A stretch of DNA of 64,000 nucleotides from an uncultured delta proteobacterium (GCA_963766715.1 CAVYBH010000008.1:192001-256000), one strand, 5' to 3'; numbered from the stretch's first letter, positions 20,257-32,875 are shown. The notes: a model not told the origin generated them from the sequence alone. Translations and numbers: made by a program.

Positions 20257-21315
20257 ATGTGGAACCGGAACGAATTCACCCGGAGGCTGGGCGTCGAGTG
20301 GCCCATCCTGCAGGCCCCGATGGCCGGCGGCATCTCGACGCCGGCGCTGGCGGCGGCCGTGTCGAACGCCGGCGGGCTGGGCGCCTTCGCGGTGGGCGCG
20401 CTGCCCCCGGACGCGGTGCAGCGACGGGATCCGCGAGATCCGCCGGCTCACCTCCCGCCCCTTCGCGGTGAACTTCTTCACGCCGGACGGACCGGTCGCG
20501 ACCCCGACCGAGGCCGAGCGGGACGCGGCCGTGGCGGCGCTGCGCCCCTTCCGCGAGGAGGTCGGCCTGGGGGCGCCTGCGCGCCCGCCCCCCTTCCCCG
20601 GCTGGAGGACCAGGTCGAGGCCGCGCTGTCGGAAGGGTTCGCCGTCTTCTCCTGCACGTTCGGCATCCCGGCGGCCGGGCTGCTCGAGCGCGTCCGCGGC
20701 GCGGGAGCGCTCCTCGTCGGCACGGCGACCACGCCCGCGGAGGCGGCGGCGCTCGAGGCGGCCGGGTTCGACGCGGTGGTGGCCCAGGGCGCCGAGGCCG
20801 GGGGCCACCGGGGGACCTTCGCCGGGGCGCCGGAGCGGGCGCTCATCGGGACGATCGCGCTCGTCCCGCGGGTGGCGTCCCGCGTGCGGATCCCGGTGGT
20901 CGCCGCCGGCGGGATCGCGGACGGACGCGGCGTCGCGGCCGTGCTCGCGCTGGGAGCCCGCGCCGCCCAGCTCGGCACGGCCTTCCTCGCCTGCACGGAG
21001 AGCGGGGCCTCCGCCGCCTACCGCGCCGCCGTGACCGCTCCCCACGACGTCGACCGCACCGCGCTCACCGTCGCCTTCTCCGGCCGCATGGCCCGAGGCC
21101 TTCGCAACCGGTTCGTCGACGGCATGGCGGGGAAGCCGGTGCTCCCCTTCCCCCTCCAGAACGCCCTCACCCAGGACATGCGCGCCGCCGCCGCCCGGGC
21201 GGGCGACGCGGGACTGCTCTCCGCCTGGGCCGGGCAGGGCCTGGCGCCGCGATCCGGCGTCTCCGGCGGCGGAGGTGGTGGCGGCGATCGTCCGGGAGGC
21301 CGGGGCCGCGCTTGA
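20257..21315 (+). CDS. Nitronate monooxygenase family FMN oxidoreductase (indels near 20420, 20590, 21250)
   Basis: PILQAPMAGG, VSNAGGLG, QGAEAGGHRGTF, AAGGIADGRG and LGTAFLACTES. Confidence 0.88.
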   Translation: MWNRNEFTRRLGVEWPILQAPMAGGISTPALAAAVSNAGGLGAFAVGALPPDAVQRRDPRDPPAHLPPLRGELLHAGRTGRDPDRGRAGRGRGGAAPLPRGGRPGGACAPAPLPRLEDQVEAALSEGFAVFSCTFGIPAAGLLERVRGAGALLVGTATTPAEAAALEAAGFDAVVAQGAEAGGHRGTFAGAPERALIGTIALVPRVASRVRIPVVAAGGIADGRGVAAVLALGARAAQLGTAFLACTESGASAAYRAAVTAPHDVDRTALTVAFSGRMARGLRNRFVDGMAGKPVLPFPLQNALTQDMRAAAARAGDAGLLSAWAGQGLAPRSGVSGGGGGGGDRPGGRGRA

Positions 21316-21351
21316 CGCGCTCCGGTAGGCGGGCGATTCCTCTTGCCGCCC

Positions 21352-23659
21352 ATGGACGAGACACGGGACGCGGCCGACCAATCCGGACGTCGCTTCCACC
21401 TGCGCGGGACCGTGCAGGGGGTGGGCATGCGCCCGTTCGTCTGGCGGGTGGCCCGCGACTGCGGCGTGGGCGGGCGGGTCCGCAACGGGACGAGCGGGGT
21501 CACGGTGGAGGCCTTCGGCCCGGCGGCCGCGCTCGGCCGGCTTCGAGGCCCGCCTCCGCACCGAGGGGCCGCCGTCGGCGCGGGTGGTCTCGTTCCAGGT
21601 GGAGGAGATCCCGGCCGAGGAGGGGCGCGACTTCGTCATCGAGGCGAGCCAGGGCGCCGACGAGCGGCGCGTCACCATCCCTCCCGACCTCTCCACCTGC
21701 GCGTCGTGCCTGGCCGAGGTGCTCGACCCGGCCGATCGCCGGTTCCACTATCCGTTCACGAACTGCACCGACTGCGGGCCGCGCTTCACCATCGTGCGCG
21801 ACGTCCCCTACGACCGCGCGGCCACGACCATGGCCCCGTTCCGGATGTGCCCCGCCTGCGAGCGCGAGTACGGCTCGCCGGCCGACCGCCGCTTCCACGC
21901 CGAGCCGAACGCCTGCCCGGCCTGCGGACCGAGGGTCGCCCTGCGGGGGCGGGACGGCGCCCGGGTGGAGAGCCGGGACCCGATCGCCGACGCCGGCGCG
22001 GCGCTCGCGGCCGGCTCCATCGCGGCGGTGAAGGGGATCGGCGGCTTCCACCTGGCCTGCGACGCGACCTCCGACGAGGCGGTGCGCCGGCTGCGGGAGC
22101 GCAAGCGGCGCGAGGAGAAGCCGCTCGCGGTCATGGTCCGGGACCTGGAGGAGGCCGGCCGGCTGGCCCACCTCTCCGGAGAGGAGCGGGCGCTGCTCTC
22201 CTCCCCGGAGCGGCCGGTGGTGCTGGTCCGGCGGCGGGCCGGAGCGGGGCTCGCGGCCGGGATCGCGCCCGACGCGCCCACCGTGGGGCTGCTCCTCCCC
22301 TACTCCCCGCTCCATCACCTCCTGCTGGCCGCGGCGGGGCGTCCGCTGGTGATGACCTCCGGAAACCTCTCGGAGGAGCCCATCGCCTACCGGGACGAGG
22401 ACGCCCTGGCGCGCCTCTCCGGGATCGCCGACCTGTTCCTCGTCCACGACCGGGAGATCGAGGCCCGCGCCGACGACTCGGTGGCGCGGATCGTGGCCGG
22501 GCGGCCGCTCGTCATGCGCCGGGCCCGCGGGTTCGTGCCCCGCCCGGTGCTCGTGGCGCACCCGTTCCGCCGCCCGGTGCTGGCCTGTGGCGCCCACCTC
22601 AAGAACGCCTTCTGCCTCGCCGCCGGGGGCGAGGCCACGCTCGGCCCCCACGTCGGCGACCTGGAGAACCTCGAGACCCTCCGGTCCTTCGAGGAATCGG
22701 TGGCGCGGCTCGAGCGCTTCCTGCGGCTGCGCCCCGAGATCCTCGCCCACGACCTGCATCCGGACTACCTCTCGACCCGGTACGCGCGCTCGCGATCGCG
22801 CGCCGAGGGGATCCCCTCCGTCGCCGTGCAGCACCACCACGCGCACGCGGTGGCGGCCATGGCCGAGCACGGGCTCGAGGGACCGGTGCTGGCGCTCACC
22901 TGGGACGGCTCCGGCCTGGGCACCGACGGCACGGCCTGGGGCGGCGAGCTCCTGCTGGCCTGGCGCGATCGCTTCGAGCGGCTCGCCACCTTCCGCCCCA
23001 TCCCGCTCCCCGGCGGCGACCGGGCGGTGCGGGAGCCGTGGCGGGTGGCGCTCGCGGTGCTCGACGAGGCGTTCGACGGCGAGGCGCCGCTCGCGGCCTT
23101 CCCCGCGCTCTCGGCGGTCCCGGCCACCGACCGGGAGACCGTCCGGCGCATGATCGCAGCCGGGCTCAACTCGCCGCCGGCGCACGGGGCCGGCCGCCTC
23201 TTCGACGCCGTGGGCGCGATCGTCCTCGGCCGGGGCCTCTCGCGCCACGAGGGGCAGGTGGCCATCGCGCTCGACGCCGCCGCGGACGAGGGGGCGAGCG
23301 GCCGCCTTCCCTTCTCCCTCGACACCACCCCCACTCCCTGGCAGCTCGACTGGCGGCCGCTGGTGCGGGCCGTGGCCGACGAGACGGCCGGCGGCTCGGG
23401 CCCGGGCGCCGTCTCCATGCGCTTCCACCGGGCGCTGGCCGCGGCCGGCGCGGAGCTGGTCCGGATGGGGGCCGGCCTCCACGGACGGTTGCCGGTGGTG
23501 CTCGCCGGAGGGGTCTTCCAGAACGCCCGCCTCGCCGAGATCTTGCTGGGCGAGCTCTCGGGCCGTTTCGATGTATACCTCCCCGGTCAGGTACCCCCTG
23601 GGGATGGAGGAATCGCCCTCGGCCAGGCGGTCGTGGCGTCCGCGACCTCGGAAACCTGA
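21352..23659 (+). CDS. hypF: Carbamoyltransferase HypF (indel near 21545)
   Basis: Acylphosphatase GTVQGVGMRPFV, zinc fingers CASC..NCTDCGPRF / MCPAC..NACPACGP, KGIGGFHLACDA, HDLHPDYLS, VQHHHAH and PPGDGGIALGQA. Confidence 0.95.
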
Positions 23660-23675
23660 CAGGAGAAGATCTTCC

Positions 23676-23984
23676 ATGTGCCTCGGTGTTCCCGGAAAAG
23701 TCCTGTCCATCTCCGACGACGGCCTGTCCGCCCAGGTGGACTTCTTCGGCGTGCAGAAGGAACTGCGCCTCGACATCGTCGACGTGCCGGTCACGGTCGG
23801 CGACTACGTGCTGAACCACGTGGGCTTCGCCATCCGCCGCATCCCGCCCGAGGAGGTCGGCGTGACCCTCGAGCTCTTCGACCAGATCCTGAAGGAGGCC
23901 GCGGCCGACGACCTGATGGCCGAGGACGTCCGCGGCGAGATGGCCGCGGGCAAGCCCGCCAGCGGCGAGAACGGCCGTGGCTAG
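23676..23984 (+). CDS. hypC: Hydrogenase maturation chaperone HypC
   Basis: MCLGVPGKV...VGDYVLNHVGFAI; AGGAG RBS. Confidence 0.95.
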   Translation: MCLGVPGKVLSISDDGLSAQVDFFGVQKELRLDIVDVPVTVGDYVLNHVGFAIRRIPPEEVGVTLELFDQILKEAAADDLMAEDVRGEMAAGKPASGENGRG

Positions 23985-25107
23985 CCTCTTCGACGAGCTG
24001 AAGTTCCGCGACCCGGCCCGGGCCCGGGCGCTCGCCGAGGCCCTGCAGCGCGAGGTCGATGCGGCCGGCCGCACCATCTCGCTCATGCACGTGTGCGGCA
24101 GCCACGAGCAGGCCATCGCGCGGTTCGGCCTGCGGGCCGTCTTCCCCCGGGCGCTCGACGTGATCATGGGACCGGGCTGCCCGGTCTGCGTGACCGACAC
24201 CCCCGAGGTCGACGAGGCCGTCGCGCTGGCCGCCCAGGGCGCCCGCGTCTGCACCTACGGCGACATGCTGCGCCTGCCCGGGACGGTGAAGTCGCTCGCC
24301 GACGCGCAGTCCGACGGCGGCAACGTCGAGGTGGTCTACAGCGTGGCCCAGGCGGTCGACCTGGCCCGCCAGCGCCCCGCCGAGCAGGTGGTCTTCTTCG
24401 CGAGCGGCTTCGAGACCACCGCCGTCGCCACGGCCGCGGTCCTCCTCTCCGGCGTCCCCGAGAACTTCTCCGTCCTCTCGTCCCACAAGTACGTCCCGGC
24501 CGCGATGGACGTGGTGAGCGAGATGAAGGAGACGAACATCGAGGGCTTCATCGCCGCCGGCCACGCCGCGACCATCACCGGCTGGGGGATCTTCGAGCCC
24601 TTCGCCGCGCGCACCAACACCCCGGTGGTGGTGGCCGGCTTCGAGCCGCTCGACGTGCTGGCCGCCGTGCTGGAGCTGGTCCGGCTGGTCCGGGCCGGGC
24701 GCCCCGAGGTGATGAACTGCTACCCCCGGTGCGTCTCGAAGGAGGGCAACGGGCCGGCCCTCGAGAAGCTCTGGAAGGTGTTCGACGTGGTCGCGGGCAA
24801 CTGGCGGGGCATCGCGCGCGTGCCGCGCGGGAACCTCGAGCTCAAGCCCGAGTGGGACCACCTGAACGCGCGCCGGCGCTTCGACATCGACATCGCGTCG
24901 GTGGGCGGCGAGACCCGCAACGTGCTCGCCGAGCACTGCATCTGCGGCTCGATCATGTCGGGGCTCGCCAAGCCGTCCGACTGCAGCCTCTTCGGCAAGC
25001 AGTGCCGCCCGGAGTCGCCGGTGGGAGCCTGCATGGTCTCCTCCGAGGGCTCCTGCAAGATCTGGCACGTCTACGGCGGCCCCCCCGACCTGAAGGAGGT
25101 CGCCTGA
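23977..25107 (+). CDS. hypD: Hydrogenase formation protein HypD
   Basis: MHVCGSHE, GPGCPVC, GFETTA and PVGACMVSSEGSC. Confidence 0.96.
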   Translation: MASLFDELKFRDPARARALAEALQREVDAAGRTISLMHVCGSHEQAIARFGLRAVFPRALDVIMGPGCPVCVTDTPEVDEAVALAAQGARVCTYGDMLRLPGTVKSLADAQSDGGNVEVVYSVAQAVDLARQRPAEQVVFFASGFETTAVATAAVLLSGVPENFSVLSSHKYVPAAMDVVSEMKETNIEGFIAAGHAATITGWGIFEPFAARTNTPVVVAGFEPLDVLAAVLELVRLVRAGRPEVMNCYPRCVSKEGNGPALEKLWKVFDVVAGNWRGIARVPRGNLELKPEWDHLNARRRFDIDIASVGGETRNVLAEHCICGSIMSGLAKPSDCSLFGKQCRPESPVGACMVSSEGSCKIWHVYGGPPDLKEVA

Positions 25108-26123
25108 TGTCCGGCGGCAAGGTGGCTCTCAAGCACGGCGCGGGCGGTCGCGCCATGCGCACGCTCATCGAGGAGGTGTTCCTCGGGCTGGCCTCGCCGG
25201 TGGACGGCATCGGCCTCGCTGCGCTCGACGACGGCGCGGCCATCCGGATGGGCGATCGGTGGCTGGTCATCACCACCGACTCCCACGTGGTCCACCCCAT
25301 CTTCTTCCCGGGCGGCGACATCGGCCGCCTGGCGGTGTGCGGCACGGTGAACGACCTCGCCATGATGGGCGCCACCGAGCCGGTCGCGCTGACCTGCGCG
25401 GTGATCCTCGAGGAAGGCTTCCCTCGCGACGACCTCGAGCGGATCCGCGACTCCATGCTGCTCGCCAGCCAGGAGGCCGGCGCCCCCATCGTCACCGGCG
25501 ACACCAAGGTGATGGGGCACGGCGAGATCGACGGGATCGTGCTCAACACGGCCGGCGTGGCCATCGCCGACCGGGTGGTCACCGACGCCGGGCTGCGCGT
25601 GGGCGACCGGATCATCGTCACCGGCTCCGTGGGCGACCACGGGATGGCGGTGATGGTGCGCCGCCACGCGCTCGGCATCCAGGGCGACCTGCGCAGCGAC
25701 GTGGCCCCCATCAACGGGCTCATCCGCGCCGCGCTCCGGGCCGGCGGCGACGGGGTCGTCGCCATGAAGGATCCCACCCGCGGCGGGCTCGCGTCGGTGC
25801 TCCACGAGATGGCCGGGAAGGCCCGCGTCGGCGTGCTGCTCGACGAGACCGCGGTCCCGGTCAACCCGGAGGTGCGGGCCGTCAGCGAGGTGCTGGGCAT
25901 CGACCCGCTCGTGGTGGCGAACGAGGGCAAGGCCGTCATCGGCGTGCGCCCGGAGGTGGCCGATCGCGTGCTGGCCGCGCTGCGCGCCCACCCGCTGGGG
26001 CTGCGCGCCGCCATCGTCGGGACCGCCATCTCCGACCGGCCCGGGCAGGTCATCCTCGACACCGGATTCGGGCGCCGGCTGCTCGCCGAGCCGGACGGCG
26101 AGCCCCTTCCCCGGATCTGCTGA
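25107..26123 (+). CDS. hypE: Carbamoyl dehydratase HypE
   Basis: HGAGG, TTDSHVVHPIFFPGGDIGRLAVCGTVNDL, TGDTKV, DPTRGG and terminal PRIC. Confidence 0.96.
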   Translation: MSGGKVALKHGAGGRAMRTLIEEVFLGLASPVDGIGLAALDDGAAIRMGDRWLVITTDSHVVHPIFFPGGDIGRLAVCGTVNDLAMMGATEPVALTCAVILEEGFPRDDLERIRDSMLLASQEAGAPIVTGDTKVMGHGEIDGIVLNTAGVAIADRVVTDAGLRVGDRIIVTGSVGDHGMAVMVRRHALGIQGDLRSDVAPINGLIRAALRAGGDGVVAMKDPTRGGLASVLHEMAGKARVGVLLDETAVPVNPEVRAVSEVLGIDPLVVANEGKAVIGVRPEVADRVLAALRAHPLGLRAAIVGTAISDRPGQVILDTGFGRRLLAEPDGEPLPRIC

Positions 26124-26131
26124 GGCGACCC

Positions 26132-26476
26132 TTGCACGAGTACTCGCTGGTGCAGTCGCTCGTCACGCGCGTGGAGTCGCTGGCCGGGGCCCGCAAGGCC
26201 ACCGCCATCCACCGCCTGGTGGTCTCGGTGGGTGAGCTCGCCGGGCTCGACCCGGAGCTCTTCCAGACCGCCTACGACACCTTCCGCGCGGGAACGATCT
26301 GCGAGCGCGCGACGATGGAGCTGAAGCGGGTTCCCGCGGCCTGGGCCTGCCCGGGCTGCGGGCGGGTGATCCCGAAGGGCGAGGTGCTCACCTGCCCGGA
26401 CTGCGCGCTCCCGGCGAAGCTCTCCGCCGGGGCGGACGAGATCCTGCTGGAGACGGTCGAGATGGAGGTGCCCTGA
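26132..26476 (+). CDS. hypA: Nickel metallochaperone HypA
   Basis: TTG start giving MHEYSL; VGELAGLDPE; two CxxC (CPGC, CPDC). Confidence 0.93.
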   Translation: MHEYSLVQSLVTRVESLAGARKATAIHRLVVSVGELAGLDPELFQTAYDTFRAGTICERATMELKRVPAAWACPGCGRVIPKGEVLTCPDCALPAKLSAGADEILLETVEMEVP

Positions 26477-27384
26477 TGTGCACGACCTGTGGTTGCGGCG
26501 ACACGAGCCTGGTGCCGGTGGACGTCCACGAGAAGATCCTGGCCGGCAACGACCGGGTGGCCCGGCACAACCGGGAGCACTTCGGCGCGGCCGGCGTGCT
26601 GGCCATCAACCTCATGGGGTCGCCGGGCGCCGGGAAGACCGCGCTCCTCGAGGCGACCTCGAAGGCCGCCGGCGGCCGCTGGCGCCTCGGCGCCGTCTCC
26701 GGGGACCTCGCCACGGACAACGACGCGCGCCGGCTCGAGAAGGCCGGGATCCCGTCGAAGGCCATCACCACCGGGCAGGGCTGCCACCTCGACGCCGAGC
26801 TGGTGCACAACTCGCTCCACGGCTTCGCCTGGAAGGACCTCGACGTCTTCTTCATCGAGAACGTGGGGAACCTGGTCTGCCCGGCCGTGTACGACCTGGG
26901 GCAGGCCGCCAACGTCGTCGCCCTCTCGGTGACCGAGGGCGAGGACAAGCCGCTCAAGTACCCGGTCATGTTCAAGGGCGCCGACCTGGTCCTCCTCACC
27001 AAGTGCGATCTGCTGCCCCACCTGGAGGTCGACGTCCCGGCCATCCTGGACGGCCTGCGCCGGGTGATGCCGCGCCCGGAGGTGATCCAGGTCTCGGCCC
27101 GCACCGGGGACGGCATGGACGCCTGGGTCCGCTGGCTCGAGGCCCGCCGGGCCGGCCTGCCGCGCGCCAGCGGCGTCGCCGCGCACGTCCACGCCCACGA
27201 GCACGTCCACCAGCACGCCCACGCCCACGAGCACCGGCACGCCGACGGCACGGTCCACGCCCACGATCACGGGCACGAGCACGCCCACGGCCACCTGCAC
27301 GCCCCCGGGTCCGAGGAGGACCACGGTCACGGCGGCGCGGACCACGCCCACGGCACGGGCAGCGGGCACGACCACCGGCACTGA
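26476..27384 (+). CDS. hypB: Nickel incorporation GTPase HypB with C-terminal His-rich tail
   Basis: MCTTCGC, GSPGAGKT, GCHLDA, ENVGNLVCPA, EGEDKPLKYP and TKCD. Confidence 0.96.
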   Translation: MCTTCGCGDTSLVPVDVHEKILAGNDRVARHNREHFGAAGVLAINLMGSPGAGKTALLEATSKAAGGRWRLGAVSGDLATDNDARRLEKAGIPSKAITTGQGCHLDAELVHNSLHGFAWKDLDVFFIENVGNLVCPAVYDLGQAANVVALSVTEGEDKPLKYPVMFKGADLVLLTKCDLLPHLEVDVPAILDGLRRVMPRPEVIQVSARTGDGMDAWVRWLEARRAGLPRASGVAAHVHAHEHVHQHAHAHEHRHADGTVHAHDHGHEHAHGHLHAPGSEEDHGHGGADHAHGTGSGHDHRH

Positions 27385-27396
27385 CGCCGGGCCCGC

Positions 27397-28188
27397 CTAC
27401 GCGGCCGGCAGGCGGGACTCCCAGCCCAGGGCGGCGCGCTCGGCGGCGAGCTCCTGCTCCGCCGCGGCGATGCGCTCGCGCACCGTCGCCATGAGCTTCA
27501 CCACGTCGGCGCCGGTCATCCCCTTCGTCTCGACGGGCTCGAGGACGCGGATGAGCACCAGCGTGGGGCGGATCCAGGGGCTCCCCTTGGGCATGCCGAA
27601 GGCCGATCCGGTGACGGCCACCGGCAGGATCGGCACCTGCGCCTCGATGGCCAGCCGGAACGCGCCCGGCTTGAAGGCGCCCATCTTCCCGTCGCGGCTG
27701 CGCGTGCCCTCCGGGAAGATCATGACCGGCATCCCGTGGTCCAGGTACCAGCGCGCCTTCTGGAGCGCCGCCCCACCGCTCTCCCGGTCGCCCCGGAGGA
27801 CCGGGATGTCGCCGGAGAGGCGGAAGAACAGGCCGAAGAAGGGCATCTTGAAGACCTCTTCCTTGGCGATCCACTTCATCTCGCGCTTCTGGCGCGACAT
27901 GGCGAAGATGTCGAGGAACGACTGGTGGTTCGAGACCGCCACGTACGCGCCCTTCCTCGGCTGCTCCCCCTCGATGCGCACGTGCCAGAAGGGGAAGATG
28001 TAGGTCGAGCTGGATCCGATGCGCCGCAGGAAGAGGCCCGGGATGCGCCGGGTCTTGTCGAAGGGGAGCGTGACCGCGACGAGCAGCAGCATCACGGGCA
28101 TCGAGAGGACGATGACGAGGACCGTGAGCACGTAGGACACGGCCGCGAGGACGTTGACGACGAGCTGGGGGACGCGAGGCGGGCGCAC
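27397..28188 (-). CDS. plsC: 1-acyl-sn-glycerol-3-phosphate acyltransferase family
   Basis: NHQSFLD and IFPEGTRSRDG motifs. Confidence 0.88.
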   Translation of the reverse strand: MRPPRVPQLVVNVLAAVSYVLTVLVIVLSMPVMLLLVAVTLPFDKTRRIPGLFLRRIGSSSTYIFPFWHVRIEGEQPRKGAYVAVSNHQSFLDIFAMSRQKREMKWIAKEEVFKMPFFGLFFRLSGDIPVLRGDRESGGAALQKARWYLDHGMPVMIFPEGTRSRDGKMGAFKPGAFRLAIEAQVPILPVAVTGSAFGMPKGSPWIRPTLVLIRVLEPVETKGMTGADVVKLMATVRERIAAAEQELAAERAALGWESRLPAA

Positions 28189-28225
28189 GATCGGTTTCTA
28201 CCATTTCCCTCTACAATCCCGCACC

Positions 28226-29131
28226 GTGCCCGAGCTTCCGGACGTCGAGGTCTATGTCGAGGCGCTGCGCGACCGCGTGGTCGGCGAGCCCCTCGCGCGG
28301 ATCCGGCTCGGAAGCCCCTTCCTCCTGCGCACCGTCGAGCCCCCGCTCTCGGCCTTCGAGGGAAAGCGGGTGACCGCGGTCTCCCGGCTCGGCAAGCGGG
28401 TCGTCCTCGAGCTCGAGGGAGACCTGTTCCTCGCCATCCACCTCATGATCGCGGGCCGGCTCCACTGGAAGGCCCCGGGCGCGAAGCTCCCGGGCCGGGC
28501 CGGGCTGGCGGCCCTCGACTTCCCGGCCGGGACCCTCACCCTCACCGAGGCGGGGACGAAGCGGCGGGCAGCCCTCCACGCGGCGGCCGGCCGGGCGGCG
28601 CTGGCCGCCCTCGACCGCGGCGGGATCGAGCCGCTCCGCGCCACGCCGGAGGCCTTCCGCGATGCGCTCCGGAGGGAGAACCACACCCTCAAGCGGGCGC
28701 TCACCGATCCCCGCCTCCTCGCCGGCATCGGGGGCGCCTACGCCGACGAGATCCTCCACCGGGCCTGCCTCTCCCCCCTGCAGCTCACCTCGCGCCTCGA
28801 CGACGGCGAGGTGGAGCGACTGCGGCTCGCCACCTGCTCCGTCCTCTCGGAGTGGACGGAGCGGCTGCGCCGGGAGGCCGGCGGCGAGTTCCCGGAGGGG
28901 GTGACGGCCTTCCGCGAGGGGATGGCGGTCCACGGGCGCCACCGGCAGCCCTGCCCGGCGTGCGGCACGGCGGTGCAGCGGATCGTGCACGCCGCGAACG
29001 AGACCGACTACTGCCCGCGCTGCCAGACCGGCGGCCGGATCCTCTCCGACCGGTCGCTCGCCCGGCTGCTCAAGGACGACTGGCCGAGGACCGTGGAGGA
29101 GATGGAGGCGCTCGAGGAGCGCCGGAGGTGA
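28226..29131 (+). CDS. Fpg/Nei family DNA glycosylase/AP lyase
   Basis: N-terminal PELPDVE, H2TH GIGGAYADEILH and zinc finger CPAC...CPRC. Confidence 0.92.
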   Translation: MPELPDVEVYVEALRDRVVGEPLARIRLGSPFLLRTVEPPLSAFEGKRVTAVSRLGKRVVLELEGDLFLAIHLMIAGRLHWKAPGAKLPGRAGLAALDFPAGTLTLTEAGTKRRAALHAAAGRAALAALDRGGIEPLRATPEAFRDALRRENHTLKRALTDPRLLAGIGGAYADEILHRACLSPLQLTSRLDDGEVERLRLATCSVLSEWTERLRREAGGEFPEGVTAFREGMAVHGRHRQPCPACGTAVQRIVHAANETDYCPRCQTGGRILSDRSLARLLKDDWPRTVEEMEALEERRR

Positions 29132-29135
29132 CGGC

Positions 29136-30325
29136 TCAGCCGACGCGGCCCGCCCGCGCGGCGATGACCTTCCGGTAGAGCTCGACCAGCCGGTCCGCCG
29201 AGACCTCGACCCGGTAGCGCTGCGCGGCCTCGCGGTAGTCGACGCGGGCGCGGGCGAGGCCGGCCGGGTCCTCGATCCACCGATCGATCCGGGCGGTGAG
29301 CTCCTCGCGGCTCCCGGTCTGGAAGAGGAACTCGTCGGAGAGGGCGAACTGCGACGTCGCGCTGAGCGGCGAGCGGGCGATCACGCACGGCAGGCCGCAG
29401 GACATGGCCTCCAGCACCGACATGCATTCGACCTCGACGTCGGCGGCGTGCACGCAGAGGTCGGCGCCGCCGTAGTAGCGGATGAGCTCGTGGGGCTTCA
29501 GCCAGCGGAACACCGGCGCATTCGTGAGGATCTTGCCCTGCGCCTCGAGCATGAGCCTTCCGGGGACCGTCGCCGAGGATGACGAGCTGGATCTCCTTCT
29601 CGTGCCGGGACTGGCGGATGGCCTCGATGAGCAGGTCGTGCCGCTTCTCCTTGGCGAGCCGTCCCACCGACAGGATCGTGAACTTTCCCTCGAACCGCTC
29701 GCACTCCTCGGGCGGCAGGGGCCGGTACTCGGGGGGCACGCCGTTCGAGATCACCTCGGTGGGGGCGCGCAGCCCGTGGCGCCGCAGCTCGGCCTCGGCG
29801 AAGGCGCTCGGGCAGAGGACCGCGTCGGATCGGTCGTAGGTGGTGCGCAGGAAGAAGCGGTAGACCCAGTCGACGGCCGTCTGGCTGCGGATGCCCACGT
29901 TGTGGAGCAGGTGCTCGGCCTGGACGTGGAAGGTGGAGACCACCGGCACCCCGGCCGCGTGGGCCACGCCGATGGCGCGGATCCCCAGCCAGAAGGGGAA
30001 CTGGTTGTGGACCACGTCCTGGCGCCCGAGGGCCTCCTGGAGGATGCGCCGGTCCGGCCAGGCGAAGGGCAGCCGCATCTTCTCCATGATGTTGCCCGGG
30101 GTGGGGATCACGAAGGACTTGAGCGGGATCTTGCCCGGCGCCGGCACGCCGGTGGCGAGCACCTCGACGGTCGTGGCCGCGGGCCCGGAGCAGCTCGGTG
30201 AACCGGCGGGTGGAGACGACCGCGCCATTGTTGGCGTCGTCCCACGCGTCGATGACCATCGCGATCCGGAGCGGCCGCGCGTCGGCGGCGGGGGCGACCG
30301 GTGTGGCGTCAGGGGGCTGTGTCAC
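29136..30325 (-). CDS. Glycosyltransferase family 4 (glycolipid synthase-like; indels near 30175 and 29560)
   Basis: NGAVVSTRRF, ISNGV, VGRLAKEKRHD and EVECMSVLEAMSCGLP (EX7E). Confidence 0.88.
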
Positions 30326-30444
30326 GGCGCGCAATCTACCCCGGACCCCGCGCCCGGCCGGCGGAATTCCGGGGAGAACCGCGGGCGGATCCCGGCGCTC
30401 GCGTGCGGCCCGTACTCCGCCGGTCCGGCTGGGCAAAGCCGGGC

Positions 30445-30491
30445 TTTACATCTTTTACATTGGTGCGTCGCGTCATTTTCTTTCGTTGACA
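30445..30491 (+). promoter_or_regulatory. maeB upstream region: tandem TTTACAT direct repeat and perfect -35 TTGACA
   Basis: TTTACAT at 30445-30451 and 30454-30460; TTGACA at 30486-30491 in an AT-rich island; no clear -10 at canonical spacing. Confidence 0.5.
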
Positions 30492-30543
30492 AGCCCGTAG
30501 AATCAGGGTTCTGTGCTGCCTCCACAAAACAGAGGGAGTACCG

Positions 30544-32850
<2,307 letters not shown>

Positions 32851-32875
32851 GTCGTCCTCGATCCCGCTTCACCCT

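Noticed and set aside
27181..27384. CACGxx-type short repeats as a tandem DNA repeat or CRISPR-like array
   Set aside because: They are simply His-Xaa codons of the HypB tail, with no constant repeat-spacer structure and no cas genes.
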